Source: Perna viridis (lineage: Eukaryota). Taken from it: a stretch of DNA of 64,000 nt. Positions 24,721 to 36,700 of the stretch are shown piece by piece. The first letter of the stretch is position 1; every line of letters begins with the position of its first letter. The notes beneath the pieces were generated by a model, which was not told the origin of the DNA, did not search any database, and saw nothing but the letters and a program-made list of their open reading frames with translations. The stretch covers positions 24,242,001 through 24,306,000 of the forward strand of contig CM074518.1 in NCBI GenBank assembly GCA_037379345.1, in the 5' to 3' direction. A program made the translations under genes and the position numbers.

Positions 24721-27700
24721 CATGTGGAATAAGCCTGACTTGTGCGTTTGCCATTTTGACTGATAATATTTTTGACTGAGGTCCTATATATACCAAAATT
24801 GAAAGCTTAGATATGCTTTCTGAAAACTGTTCTGTTCCATAGGATGACACTTCGAGCACTTGAATATATTGGCTTGTATGCTTGGATGGCTGAATACAAA
24901 ACTAAGGAAGTGTAACGAAAGTTTAGATTTGTTATATCTGATTAATACACAGAATCATTAAAAATAATTGACAGTGACCATTTTTCACATACACTATAAA
25001 CTCTTTAATTTCATTAGAGATAATTAAATATTTAATTTGGCCCAATTCATCATTTTAAAATAAATTAGTTATCTGATTTATAATAACAACTAATTCACTT
25101 TTTATTAGATATTATATGAATGCTTTACACTTTAATTGTCATAAAGTTGGGTAAATGGGAAGACACCGCTAATTCAAATTGAATAAAACAAAAAATATTA
25201 AAACAAAAAAATATTCCGAAATAAACACGACAGAAACCAGTAATGATATTACATTACTAGATCGACCCGGCTGACCTCCTTTTGTTATTGTATCAATTAC
25301 CTGGAAATGATCAATGTCTGATGGTTATCACTCAGTAAAACCCGTCCTTGCATTTAAAAACGAAGCTATATAATAATTGTATATGAAAATTTTAATAGGA
25401 TTTAATGATTTTGCGTGGTACAATGTTCTAGTCGCATTATGCGTAGTGGAAAAGACAACTACTACTAATACAAGGATTAAACCACATTGAAAGTGTATTT
25501 TGTCACTTGTTACTACGTGTGACTTACTTTAAGAGAAGGGTATTAAGCATTTCCTTCCGGTAAGTGTATGAATGTTATTCTTATGTAGTTACATGTATTT
25601 TACCAGTTTATCAATGTTTACACTGTGTTCGACATTTTTTATAACATTACCCTGACACCTCTCCTGTTCAAAGTGTCTAGATCCGCCCCTGCTTTTTATT
25701 GATCTTAGCTTCTTGTACTATTATATGTCGATATTTAAATTCTGTTGTTTTTATTTTACTTGAACATTTTTGCTGGTTTTACAAGAATAGTAAGTAATCG
25801 AACTTAATATTGTATCATCTCTGATCTGAAAGTGGACATTTAGTTTTGAAAATCTATCATGGAGCTGTAAATGGACTCAGTATACTAGTATTTGTGTAGG
25901 CATTAAGAAAACAAACAACTTAGAGTGGGGTACAATTTAAAATAACGTTATGTTTTCTTGTTTTTTTTTGTATTGTTTTATTGGTATTTCATTACAGAAA
26001 TGACATGTACCGTCTGCTTGAGCTGTCAAGAAAGCAGGATGTCTGTCCGTCTGTCAAATTACTTTATTAACTATAAATATTGTGAAACTCCACCAACGTT
26101 AGTCTGGAGGTCTTGAAGGTTATGTACATAATGTACATGTATGCACCTCTGTTTGAAAAGTTTTGTAAACAAAGCTAGAATATGAATTGTCGTGTCTTTG
26201 TTTTGTTCACAAACTTGGTAGTGTACTGTATATTCATTTTATTTTTTTGAGTAACTTCAATGATTATTAAGTGAACAAATTGACGTATCTCTACTTTTCA
26301 TACTGATTCAGTGTCAAATGTGTAAAATAAGATCAACTTGTTATAATTATGCAACACATTTTTTTTCTCGATTTTATATCAAAAGTTGGAGGAACTGAAA
26401 GCAAATTGGTTGTATATGTTATGTACAAGTTGTAATTTTGTACTTGTTATAAGATGTACAAAATGTCCGAATATGTTATAACGTTTATGACCAAAAGATA
26501 CAAGCAATACCATATTCAAATTTTGCCTGTACAAGTTATAACATGTACAAACAATTTTTTTCATTTTGTACAATATTTATGCATATACTCTAATATTATT
26601 GACGGTTTAATTATGACATGAGATGCAATAATTGAAAAGTCCCAGTACACCATAGGCAGTTTTATTTACATCTGGTAAAAGATCATGTATACAATTCGAA
26701 AGTTAGGGACAGACTCCCTAATTAAATAAACAATGACTTGTTCAAAATTTTTTGGTAGTAGATAATAAAACATTTATAAATATAATAATATAATGAATAT
26801 AAAATGATTGATACTGAAATTATTACTGAAAGTAATGATTGATATATTTTTTGGTCTGTTTGAAAAAAAAACTCAATGCCCGTGGTGCGCATTTGAATAT
26901 ATCTTCATTTTATTTACATTAGGTTACATTTGTGTGGATCACGTTTCAAAATCCGGGACTACATGCACATGTATATACACACATAACAGCATTTACGGTA
27001 AATTAAAAATAAATGTCAATTAATGAATATAAATTCTATAGATACGAAGAAAATTATAAAACCATAAAATAAACAATGACCAGCACTTAAAGTTTTATAA
27101 AATTTTGTTTCAACTAAAAATGTCCATTGTGACCCGCCCGGCCGTCCGTTATCTCCCGGTTATTTTAAACAATATAAGTGTAAAACAGTTCATATCTGTA
27201 AATAAATCAATAGCTAATAAAGTGTGAAATTCATATAGTCTTGTTCCTAAAAGTTTTTTTATGCTAGAATTGATATACTTGGACAAATTTTACATGTATT
27301 ATTGAGGTTATGGTATGGTCCAGCTAAATACCAATACCAATAAGCATGAAATGTCGTTCTTTCCATTTAAATCTGGTTATTTGTTACAAGCTCGTGACAG
27401 CTAGAACTGAACTGCTTCAGATCTTTTTCATTTCCAAACAAAAGTATGCTCTGATTAAACTGTGCATTTATTTAAAATGATTTGAAGTTACATTGTAACA
27501 TCTTCATTGTCTGCAAAATATTTAGTTGTACATGTAATAACATGTTTTCTTAGATAAGTTAATATGCTTATGTATAGCATATTGCATATAGGAACATTTA
27601 ACTAAATATGTACATTGATTCTTGAAAACAAATTCCCAGATATTGTGAAAATAAAAGTTCCCGAAAAAGAGGGTTCCAGGTTATCATTCGGATTTTTATC

Positions 27701-29990
27701 GAAATTTTGTACGACTGAAGTAAGACTTTCCAATATAAAAGATGTTCAAGTCTGGGACCCTACTGATTCCGCCATTAGAACACAAGGCAGGTTTAGTTAT
27801 ATTTATTTACATTAATAAAAGAAATAACACTAGCTCTAATGAGCGTCTTTAAAATGGACATTACATACGTAACACTACATGACTTAAAAGCATTTAAAAG
27901 AAATAAAACGCATATCTGTCATCTACGTGCTATGACATTAGGCGATAATTAATTGTACGTAAAAATATGGTAACATAATTTGTTTTTCTAGCTTCCAGCT
28001 TTTCAGTTCAATGCACGAAACAGTGGTAGATACATCAGATTGGTTTCGGGGGGCTCGGCCACCCTAATGTTTATAAGTTTGTGTAGAATTTAGCTAAAAA
28101 AGGGGAAGATGATGCTAGCCTGGAACTCCTTCTGCATCGGGATCACTACCCATTCTTTGTAATTGTTTGGATTCGCGTATGTATCAAATATGAAGACAGC
28201 TCTTCCAATTGTTGTTTAGGACCAACCATAAATGCCTGTACCAAATCAGGACAATCGCGGTGGTTTCCAACTTTCCGGTTTTTACTCTGATATTGCCGTG
28301 TGTTATATGGACGTTCTTTTTGATATTTCATGCCTAGATTTGATCAATTCGGTAATTTTATCATTACCCGTCATTTGTAGACAACTTGAATATCGTAAAT
28401 GAACGACTGCTTTATTAGGGTAAATGCATAGGAATGTACAACAGGTAATGATATGATGTTGGAGGTGAACTATTTTTTATTGGATCGTTATTAATTCAAG
28501 CCAAATGAATACGCATATTAAGTTCGGAGTAGAAGTTGTTTATAATACGGAATTAATCTGGATATTTTAAAAACAACTGTAAAGAGGACCTAGGTATTTG
28601 CATTTTAACCTTAAAGGGTGTGCCAATAGAACTTTATTCCTGCGGCAGTGTAAGACAGCTGCAGATGCATTACATGTTTTATAAATCTGTATTTTCTGTC
28701 GACCGCTATATCAATTTCAACCTTCGATCTAAATTGATAACATTAGTACAAACCAACTAATATATCCATAACGTGTGGGAAGGTGGTTGTTTGGGGGTGT
28801 ACGACGTGATACAGCTGATACATTCTATACTTTGAATATATCTCTATTCATATATTTTATAACTTGATAACCATACTCGATCATACATTATCTATGGAAA
28901 ATCAACACCCACAGATATAAATCAACTTTTAAATCCTAGAATTTTTACATGTACATGTATGCAGACAGCTATTACGAAAATATCAAGAGAAAATGAGCTA
29001 TTACCACATAAATATGGATAGAAGTGCGTCTGGCATACGAATTATGACACATTCATATATTGATAAACCCCAAAAAACTGTCCTTTGATATAATATTAAA
29101 ATTGATAATTTGATAATTATATGATCTAAGGCGAAAAAAAAACGGACCATTCCAGCGGCATTTCTGGGTTTGCATCTGTAAGAAAGTGACGCAACCTCTC
29201 CTCCCCCATGAGGTTATAATTATGCCACCATGGTGTATGACTTATTTGGCTCATTTCTCAAAAAAGTTTGAGATGTAATTTTTTTTTTTTCATAATTGAG
29301 AACACAACTCAATAATATTATCTATGTGAATCACTATGTATGTATCGAAAAGTGAGCGAAAGCCGCAGAGAATATATCGAAAAGAGATTAACACTACAAA
29401 TGCTTGTAAATATTTCTATCGTAACTGGTAAACAATAACCTGTTTTGCGGGAGTATGGAATAGTATCGATTTATGGTAAATCGATGAGCATGCATGGTAT
29501 ATACTTCTGCGAGCTACATGTAGATTTTTTTCCTCGGGAAAGTGTATGTTCATTAAACACGAAAGGAGTGAAGACTTACTTCCGTATAAAGTGTTCAAAA
29601 CTTGCAAACATTCCTTAAAGTCAAATTTCTTATGAATTGAAATCGAAATATTAAGAATTGATTCGTAATCAAAACGATATTTTTTATAAATAATTTGAAT
29701 CGTGAAGTGCGGACCAATCTATGAAAATGTCGACACGTTATACAATATAAACTGGTTTGTATAAAGGGAGCCAAATAAAATGAAATTATTTTGTAATAAT
29801 ACATAATTAACAAATGACTATTTCACGAACAATAAGTTGCTCAAACGATCAAGTACCCTGTTCAAATTTATACATGATATAATTCCCATACACTCAACTA
29901 TAATAAAGTTGAGTTTCGATTGTCATATCACCATAATTAATTGTTGTATTTTTTTTATCCAGGGTGAGTGGAGATTATTGAAGACCTAAT

Positions 29991-31013
29991 ATGGACGGAA
30001 AATACAAGTTCTTGGGAGTTTTCTGTGTAATTGTTTTGTTCGTCGTCTTGATATCAAACAGGGATACAATACCACAGAAAAGCATGGTTATTAATATGAT
30101 ACAAGGTAAAAAGACTGCGCCAACATTTTCAGAGATTGAGTCTGACAGTTCTGACCCTCTGACTTCAATTAAAAATGCATGCGGGGAATTGTGTGATACT
30201 TCTCGTAAGGGAACACCGGGTCAATACTTCGACCACGTCACGGCTAACATTAACTGCAAAGCCTTGTTTATGAACAAATACATTGACCGTGGTCATGGAT
30301 TGCCGCATGCCCCTAGAAACATTCCAAAAGAACTAGTGCAGGAATATAATATGCATGGTAAAATTAAAATAACACAAACGTATTTTGACCAGCAATATCT
30401 TGGAAAAAAAGCAATGACACCTGTTTGGAAAAAAGATCTAATTGAAAAATGGATCTTGGAAGCGAAAGAAGGCAAACTGCATGGTACTTATGGGCCAGGT
30501 GAAACAAATGCTCTTCGCGATGGACTGAAACATGCTTCAGGAATCAAAGATGGTCGAGTTCTCGTCATTGGGTCTGAAAATCCTTGGGTTGAAGCGTGTG
30601 CGCTAGAGGCTGGTGCAAAAGAGGTAGTGACTCTCGAGTACGGTCGCATTATATCAGAGCACCCAAAGGTTAAAACAATGGTGCCTTATGATTTTCGAAT
30701 GAGTTATCTAAATAATACTCTGGGAGAATTTGATGCAATAGTGACATTCAGTTCAGTTGAACATTCAGGGTTAGGGAGGTATGGTGATGCCTTAAATCCT
30801 TGGGGAGATATTATTGCGATAGCTAGATCTTGGTGTGTTGCTAAACCGGGAGCGTCCTTAACTATTGGAGTAATGTACAACTATGATAATGAGTTTTTAC
30901 GCTTTAATGCAGATAGATGGTATGGGAAAATAAGATATCCATATCTGACAACGAACTGGAAACAAGTGTACCGAGGTCATGGAGGACAAAAAGTTCACGT
31001 GTTTAAAAAATAA
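29991..31013 (+). CDS. DUF268-like protein, SAM-dependent methyltransferase fold, with N-terminal signal anchor (340 aa, uninterrupted CDS)
   Basis: Intact ORF with hydrophobic FLGVFCVIVLFVVLI; motifs VLVIGSENPWVEACAL..GA..V.TLEY and FDAIVTFSSVEHSGLGRYGD.LNPWGD are typical of DUF268; splice acceptor ttttttttatccag ends at 29962; aataaa at and after the stop. Confidence 0.88.
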   Translation: MDGKYKFLGVFCVIVLFVVLISNRDTIPQKSMVINMIQGKKTAPTFSEIESDSSDPLTSIKNACGELCDTSRKGTPGQYFDHVTANINCKALFMNKYIDRGHGLPHAPRNIPKELVQEYNMHGKIKITQTYFDQQYLGKKAMTPVWKKDLIEKWILEAKEGKLHGTYGPGETNALRDGLKHASGIKDGRVLVIGSENPWVEACALEAGAKEVVTLEYGRIISEHPKVKTMVPYDFRMSYLNNTLGEFDAIVTFSSVEHSGLGRYGDALNPWGDIIAIARSWCVAKPGASLTIGVMYNYDNEFLRFNADRWYGKIRYPYLTTNWKQVYRGHGGQKVHVFKK

Positions 31014-31092
31014 AAAATAAAAATATCTGAGAAGTGTCAATTAAGACCCAATGTTATAATACAGATGGAAAGATGGATAAATAAATAATTCT

Positions 31093-31464
31093 TTAAGTGT
31101 CAGTCTCTGTAAGAATCAGGCAGTGGGTGGATCATTATGTGACAAAAACTACCATTAAAAAATAATTTGACTATTTACTCCATTAGATTTAAGGAAAAAA
31201 GTGTTCCATATCATGTTGGTAAATTAAGTTCTAATTTCATTGAAATGCACTGAAAATGAACATTTCAAGGGCAGACAACTCAAAAGTTTCATTTTCCAAT
31301 ATTCTATTGAAAAAAATCACGAGTAAATCAGAGATCAAATAATGGTCTTTCCAAATAGAGACAGCATCCTTGAGTGAAATTGTACTTTCTGATAGGTGGG
31401 GTTTTGACATACATGTTTCTGATGTTTACTATTTTGCCTGATTCTTGCAAAATCTTACACTTAG
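31093..31464. mobile_element. MITE, copy 2, 80 bp downstream of the DUF268-like stop codon
   Basis: Colinear with 22008-22390, sharing for example ttcattgaaatgcactgaaaatgaa...tttcaagggcaga. Confidence 0.7.
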
Positions 31465-32812
31465 TTTCTCATTTTAAAGTGCATCCTAATACAATATTAT
31501 AGTTACAATGTACACACTAACATGCTGATAATAATACAGATAAATCGAATCAGCCAGCCTGACATATGAAGCCCTAGCTAACTATAGAAACATACACAAA
31601 TAAAAAGCAATGTGAAATCTTAACTGACAGTTTGGAATTCTTATCAGACTTACAAAAAAAACCATCGTGTATTCGATATAAAATATATATTCTTTGCGAT
31701 CATGGTTAATAGCGAGCACCGTTGTAACATTTATCTCAGATTCCTCTTTAATATAATTTTGTTTTAAACGACCCCTTTACATCGGGGGCTTTCGTCATAG
31801 GGGTAATGACAATTGCGCCCACAAAGCACATTTGAAACACAAAATAATACGTTCAAATAACTTACATTGAATTTAACGTGAGTTCCGGTGTGAATTCAAA
31901 CTTACAACTTTAGAAATGATAATACACTGTATTCATGTATAAATACAACTGAATGAAAAATGAGTTGACAATTGCCACTACAGATTTGATGTTGGTAAAG
32001 TAAGGCCAATCGACGGAGGAAGTACTACGAAGCTCGTTAAACTGTCTAGCTTTTGGATAGATTATTCATGAAAAATGATGCCATTTGTTTTCATACATTT
32101 ATCCAGGCTCTATAGAAATACACTCGGTTTTTGGAATTAGGTTTAAAGAAATCATCCACCCATTCCATCAGACCAGACTAATATAAAGGTACTCAGATAA
32201 CGAAATGGCTACAGTTAAAAAACACACTATGCTCCAAACGTTTTCTGTGCTAAGTGCTAAAAAAATAAGAAATTCTGTTAGAACATATAACTATTTTCCA
32301 TTAAAGTCTGGTTTTATAAATGTCCATTAATCATTTCAATTCTCTCTTAAGTGAAAACTTACCACTTAGCACTAATCATATACAAAATTACCCATGTAGG
32401 ACATTTACCTTTTTTCTTAATTAAACTATCTATCTATCTATCTATCTATCTACCTTTTTTCTTAATTAGACAGCTAGGAAAAACTACAACCCAGACAAAT
32501 CAAGCATCCACTGAAAAAACCCAAAAAACAACATCAATCTACTTCCTCTGGTGTGAGTAAATACGTCCTCGTTGTCATACAAGGTTCACTGAAAATATGA
32601 TACACCTATGTCTATACTCACTATTCCGATTTTGTGGTAAGTTTCAACATGTATTGGCAGCTATCCGGGGAAACTCTGCACGGACCATCCAATCTGGTTT
32701 AGCACTCTCGGATACTATGAAATCATTGTATTTTTTCGCTGTAGATGTTTCCATTCTTGTGGATCGTCGAGGTTGTGGTGTCGTACTATCTGTAGTGTCA
32801 TCATTCAATGCA

Positions 32813-32827
32813 TCATTATCATCATCA

Positions 32828-32860
<33 letters not shown>

Positions 32861-32880
32861 TCATCATCATCATCATCATC
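32813..32880. repeat. Compound (TCA)n(TCG)n(TCA)n microsatellite; poly-Asp on the minus strand within the integrase tail
   Basis: Directly visible; in frame with the PQPRRSTR motif in ORF 32644-32907(-). Confidence 0.9.
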
Positions 32881-35103
32881 CATGTGTCTGTTCGAGAGGT
32901 TACTCATTGAAACATATGTACAGCATATCGAAATTTACAATATATAACACTGTTTTTTTTTTGTATTTTCGAATACCGAAACCTCCGAATCCTAAGGCAA
33001 AAGAGCATCCTCTGGTTCAGTCTTACGCTTTATGATGCGGCCCTGATCGTAACTAGCGTTACCATGAACAGTAATACTCTCTTTAGCAACCATTTCATCT
33101 TTGTAAGAACATTGCCAGGTTGTGTATTTTTGAGGTTCTACTTCGAAATACATCAAGGTCTCATCATCACTCTCGTCGCCGTTGTCAGAGGAGACAATAC
33201 TATATCTTGTCATTGGTCTTACGACAGGTTTTCGTCTTCTTGGATTTGGAAGAGGTAGTTGAGGTGTTGTCTTCAGTTATGTTAGTTTCTCATTCATGCT
33301 TCTTATCAATAACTTGTTTCTACTTAGTGATTGCTTCTTACCAGGTCCATTTTCCTTTCTGACGACATTCACAGGGATTCCAAAATTCGGCTGGTCACTG
33401 GCAACATCAGGATCTTCTTCACATTTTGCTTTAAGCTTGTTTGAACCTTCAAATGCCAGTTTCCTCACAAGAACTCTTTCACCCTTATGGAGGATGGGCT
33501 TTTCACTCTGTTTTAGTAAGATTTCTTTTCTTTCCTTTGTGGTCGATGATGCAATGACCATTTGCCCTTCTTGGTTTCCGCTTAAGGTCTTCAACATACT
33601 TTGTGATGGGCTTCTTCTCATGCCTCTCATCAGTCTCAAATGCCAAATTCACAGCAAGTCAAGGCTCTCTTCCAAACATTAGTAGAAATGGCGACAAACC
33701 AGTATTGTCATGCTTGGTTGAGTTGTAGGCATGGACAGTAGGAACAATGTAGGATTTCCATTCTCTTTTCTCGTCTTTCTCCAATGTTTACAACACGCTG
33801 ATAAGTGTCCTATTAAACCTCTCTCACTGGCCATTTTTTGTGGATGGTTTTGCGTGGTACGAGATTTCTTTGTACCTGTGAATTTTTATAACTTCCTAAG
33901 GAGAAGACTCTCGAAGTTGCCATCTTAATTTGTAGGGATTTATTTTGGTAGTCCACAGTACACCACCAAGATCCTAAAGAAAGCCTCAGCTGTTTTCTTT
34001 GCCGTTTCATCCTTGGTAGGAATCGCTTGTGCGCAGCGGATAAAGTGGTCAGTGATGACAAACACATGCTGAAGACCGCATTTGGACATTTCAAGTTTCA
34101 AGAAGTCCAACCAGATGATTTCCATTAGTTGCAGGACAATATACTGTTCATTGGGCTCTGTCTGTCATATCTGTTTTTCGCCATATGTATTAAGGGCACT
34201 GATGAATCCACCGTTCAATATTCTTGGTCATTCCATGCCAGGAGAATCGACCCTTCACAAGTGATGTTGTTCTATCTTTTCCCATTTGACCCATGCTGTT
34301 GTTGGGTGAAGGAAGTACAGTAGAATACTGAGATGCTGGTGGTACTATCTCTCGTTTGTTAGTATCACTGTCCATTATTCTGTACTCCTCTCATTACTAG
34401 TCAAAGTTTGCATACATAGCTTTGTTAAGTGGCGAAGATAGAATGTTTTGTTTGTGTGGTTTCATCTTCCTGTTATCCATCCAATATGTAATAGATAAAT
34501 CCATCATGTGTTCTTCTCTGATGTCAACTTGGTGGTCCTCAAATATATCATACTGTCCATCTTAAATGTCAGACTTGTTGGCCGATGACTCAATAAAAGC
34601 GATTGGATCGATGGAAGTACTACTTTTGACATCGGCAGAGCGCTGCTTTCACTATGTCCCTTGAACTGGTAACCGTTTAAAGTTCACACAACAATACTCT
34701 AGGAGCCACATGAATGATTCTTTTGTTATGCTGTTGGTCGAGTGAAGTACAGCAACTGCTGTTGGATGTTGAAGCATCTTATTCGGAATCCTTTGATGAC
34801 CCCTCTCAGAGTTGGCAGGAATGGTAAACGGTTTTTTTTCCGCTCACTTCATCTGTGCCAATCGGCAATGTTGACTCTGCACTTCCTTATCGCGAAGGGC
34901 TAGAAAGAACGGTCTACATGCAATCATCTTTAAGAAATCATTGGTCATACTGTTGCTGTGCATCTTTTATAATTTCCTCTAGAATGTTGGTACCAATCAG
35001 TAGTGGAACATGTTTATGGTATTACCTCAAGAAATAGACAAAGATACGCTGTGTTGGATGATGTACCAGGTAAATGCAGGTCTGCTTCTATGTAGACAAG
35101 ATA

Positions 35104-36700
35104 TTACTTACTTACTTACTGCCCTTTACGCCACTGGCATGTAGGGCAGCAACGAAGTTCCTCCACTCTTGTCTATCATTGGCAAGTTTCTGTAATGTGC
35201 CCCAAGTTCTTCTTATGTTCTTTGACTTCTGCTTCAATGGTGCGTCTCCAGGTGATCTTTGGGCGTCCTCTCCTGCGTTTTCCCTCAGGTGTCCAGAATA
35301 GGGCTGTTTTTGTGTTGTCTTTTGGGTCTTTTCGCAGGACATGTCCTAACCACTTCCATCTTCGTTTCATAATGATGGTGGCCATGTCTTCTTGTTGGCA
35401 TCTATTAAGGAGGTCCTGATTACTGATCTTAAGAGGCCAAAATATTCTTAGGATCCTCCTCAGACTTCTGGTGTGAAAGGTTGAGAGTTTGTGTTGGTCT
35501 AACTCTGTTATCCTCTAGCTCTCTGACCCATAAAGCAGGATAGGCAAGATGCAACTGTTGTACAATTTTAGTTTGGTGCGGATAGTGTACTGTCCTGATC
35601 TCCAGACAGGTTGCAAGCTATTAAATGCTCCTCTTGCTTTTGAGAGGCTAAGGTGGATGGCGCTCTCCGCACCTCCATCAGTTGTAACTATACTACCGAG
35701 GTATGTGAATTTGTTGGTAAAAGGTAGACATTGTTCGTGCAGTTTGATAGGTGTTGGTGTGTTTACATTCAACATCATAACCTCGGTTTTCTTTTTGTTG
35801 ATGTTTAGCCCAATTTGTCCAGCAAAATTCTGAAGTTTCTTTTCTTGTGTTGGTGGGTGTGAGAAAGCAAAGCTATGTCATCGGCAAAGTCTAGATCTTC
35901 CAAGATGGAGAAGGTATTCCATCTGATGCCTCTTGGTGTATCTTTCGTCGTTTGTCGCATCACCCAATCAATGGCTATGATGAAAAGTGTTGATGACATA
36001 ACACAGCCTTGACGGACTCCAGTTTTTACATTGAAATACATGTCGCTGTTGTTTCCGCCTCTGCATCTGAAGTTCGTGTAGAAACTTTTGATGACGTCTA
36101 TAAGTTGTTGTGGTATTCCGTATGATCTAATTATTTTCCATAAACTTTCTCTATGTATGCTATCAAAAGCTTTTTCAAAATCTATAAAGTTAATATAGAG
36201 TTGTCTCTGCCATTCAGTGCTCTGCTCAATAATATTGCGTAGCGTGAAAATTTGGTCGATGCAGCCTCTACCTGGTCTAAATCCAGCTTGTTCTTTTCTC
36301 AATAGTTCATCTACAGATCTTGCAATTCTTTTGATGACAACTTTGGCTAGTATCTTACTTGGGATAGAAATCAAAGTAATACCTCGCCAGTTATTACAAT
36401 CATTTAATGACCCTTTCTTTGGTAATTTTATGATGGTTCCTTTGTTCCACTCATCTGGTACTTTGGTCTTATTCCAGATATCTTGGAAGATGGGATGGAG
36501 AATTTTTGCGGATAGGTATGGATAGTTTTTAAAGAGTTCTGCATTGAGATTATCACTACCTGGTGTTTTGCCACATTTCAGACTTTTGATTGCTGTTATG
36601 ATTTCAGATATTTCTGGTGGTTCTATATCTATGTCAAGCTCTACTTCAGATTTTATTTTTATCTGTCTGTCCTGTTCTACTTTATTGTCGATTGATAACT
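35104..36700 (-). mobile_element. 5'-truncated RTE-clade LINE
   Basis: RT motifs NWRGITLIS, EQAGFR, FIDFEKAFDS, GVRQG and LEDLDFADDIALLS; C-terminal KRRWKWLGHVLR...TPEGKRRRGRPK.TWRRT; (GTAA)n tail at 35104-35120; few frameshifts. Confidence 0.9.

Noticed and set aside
32597-33035. Poly-Ser, poly-Arg/His and poly-Asp ORFs
   Set aside because: All are readings of one trinucleotide microsatellite inside a dead Gypsy integrase tail, not host genes.
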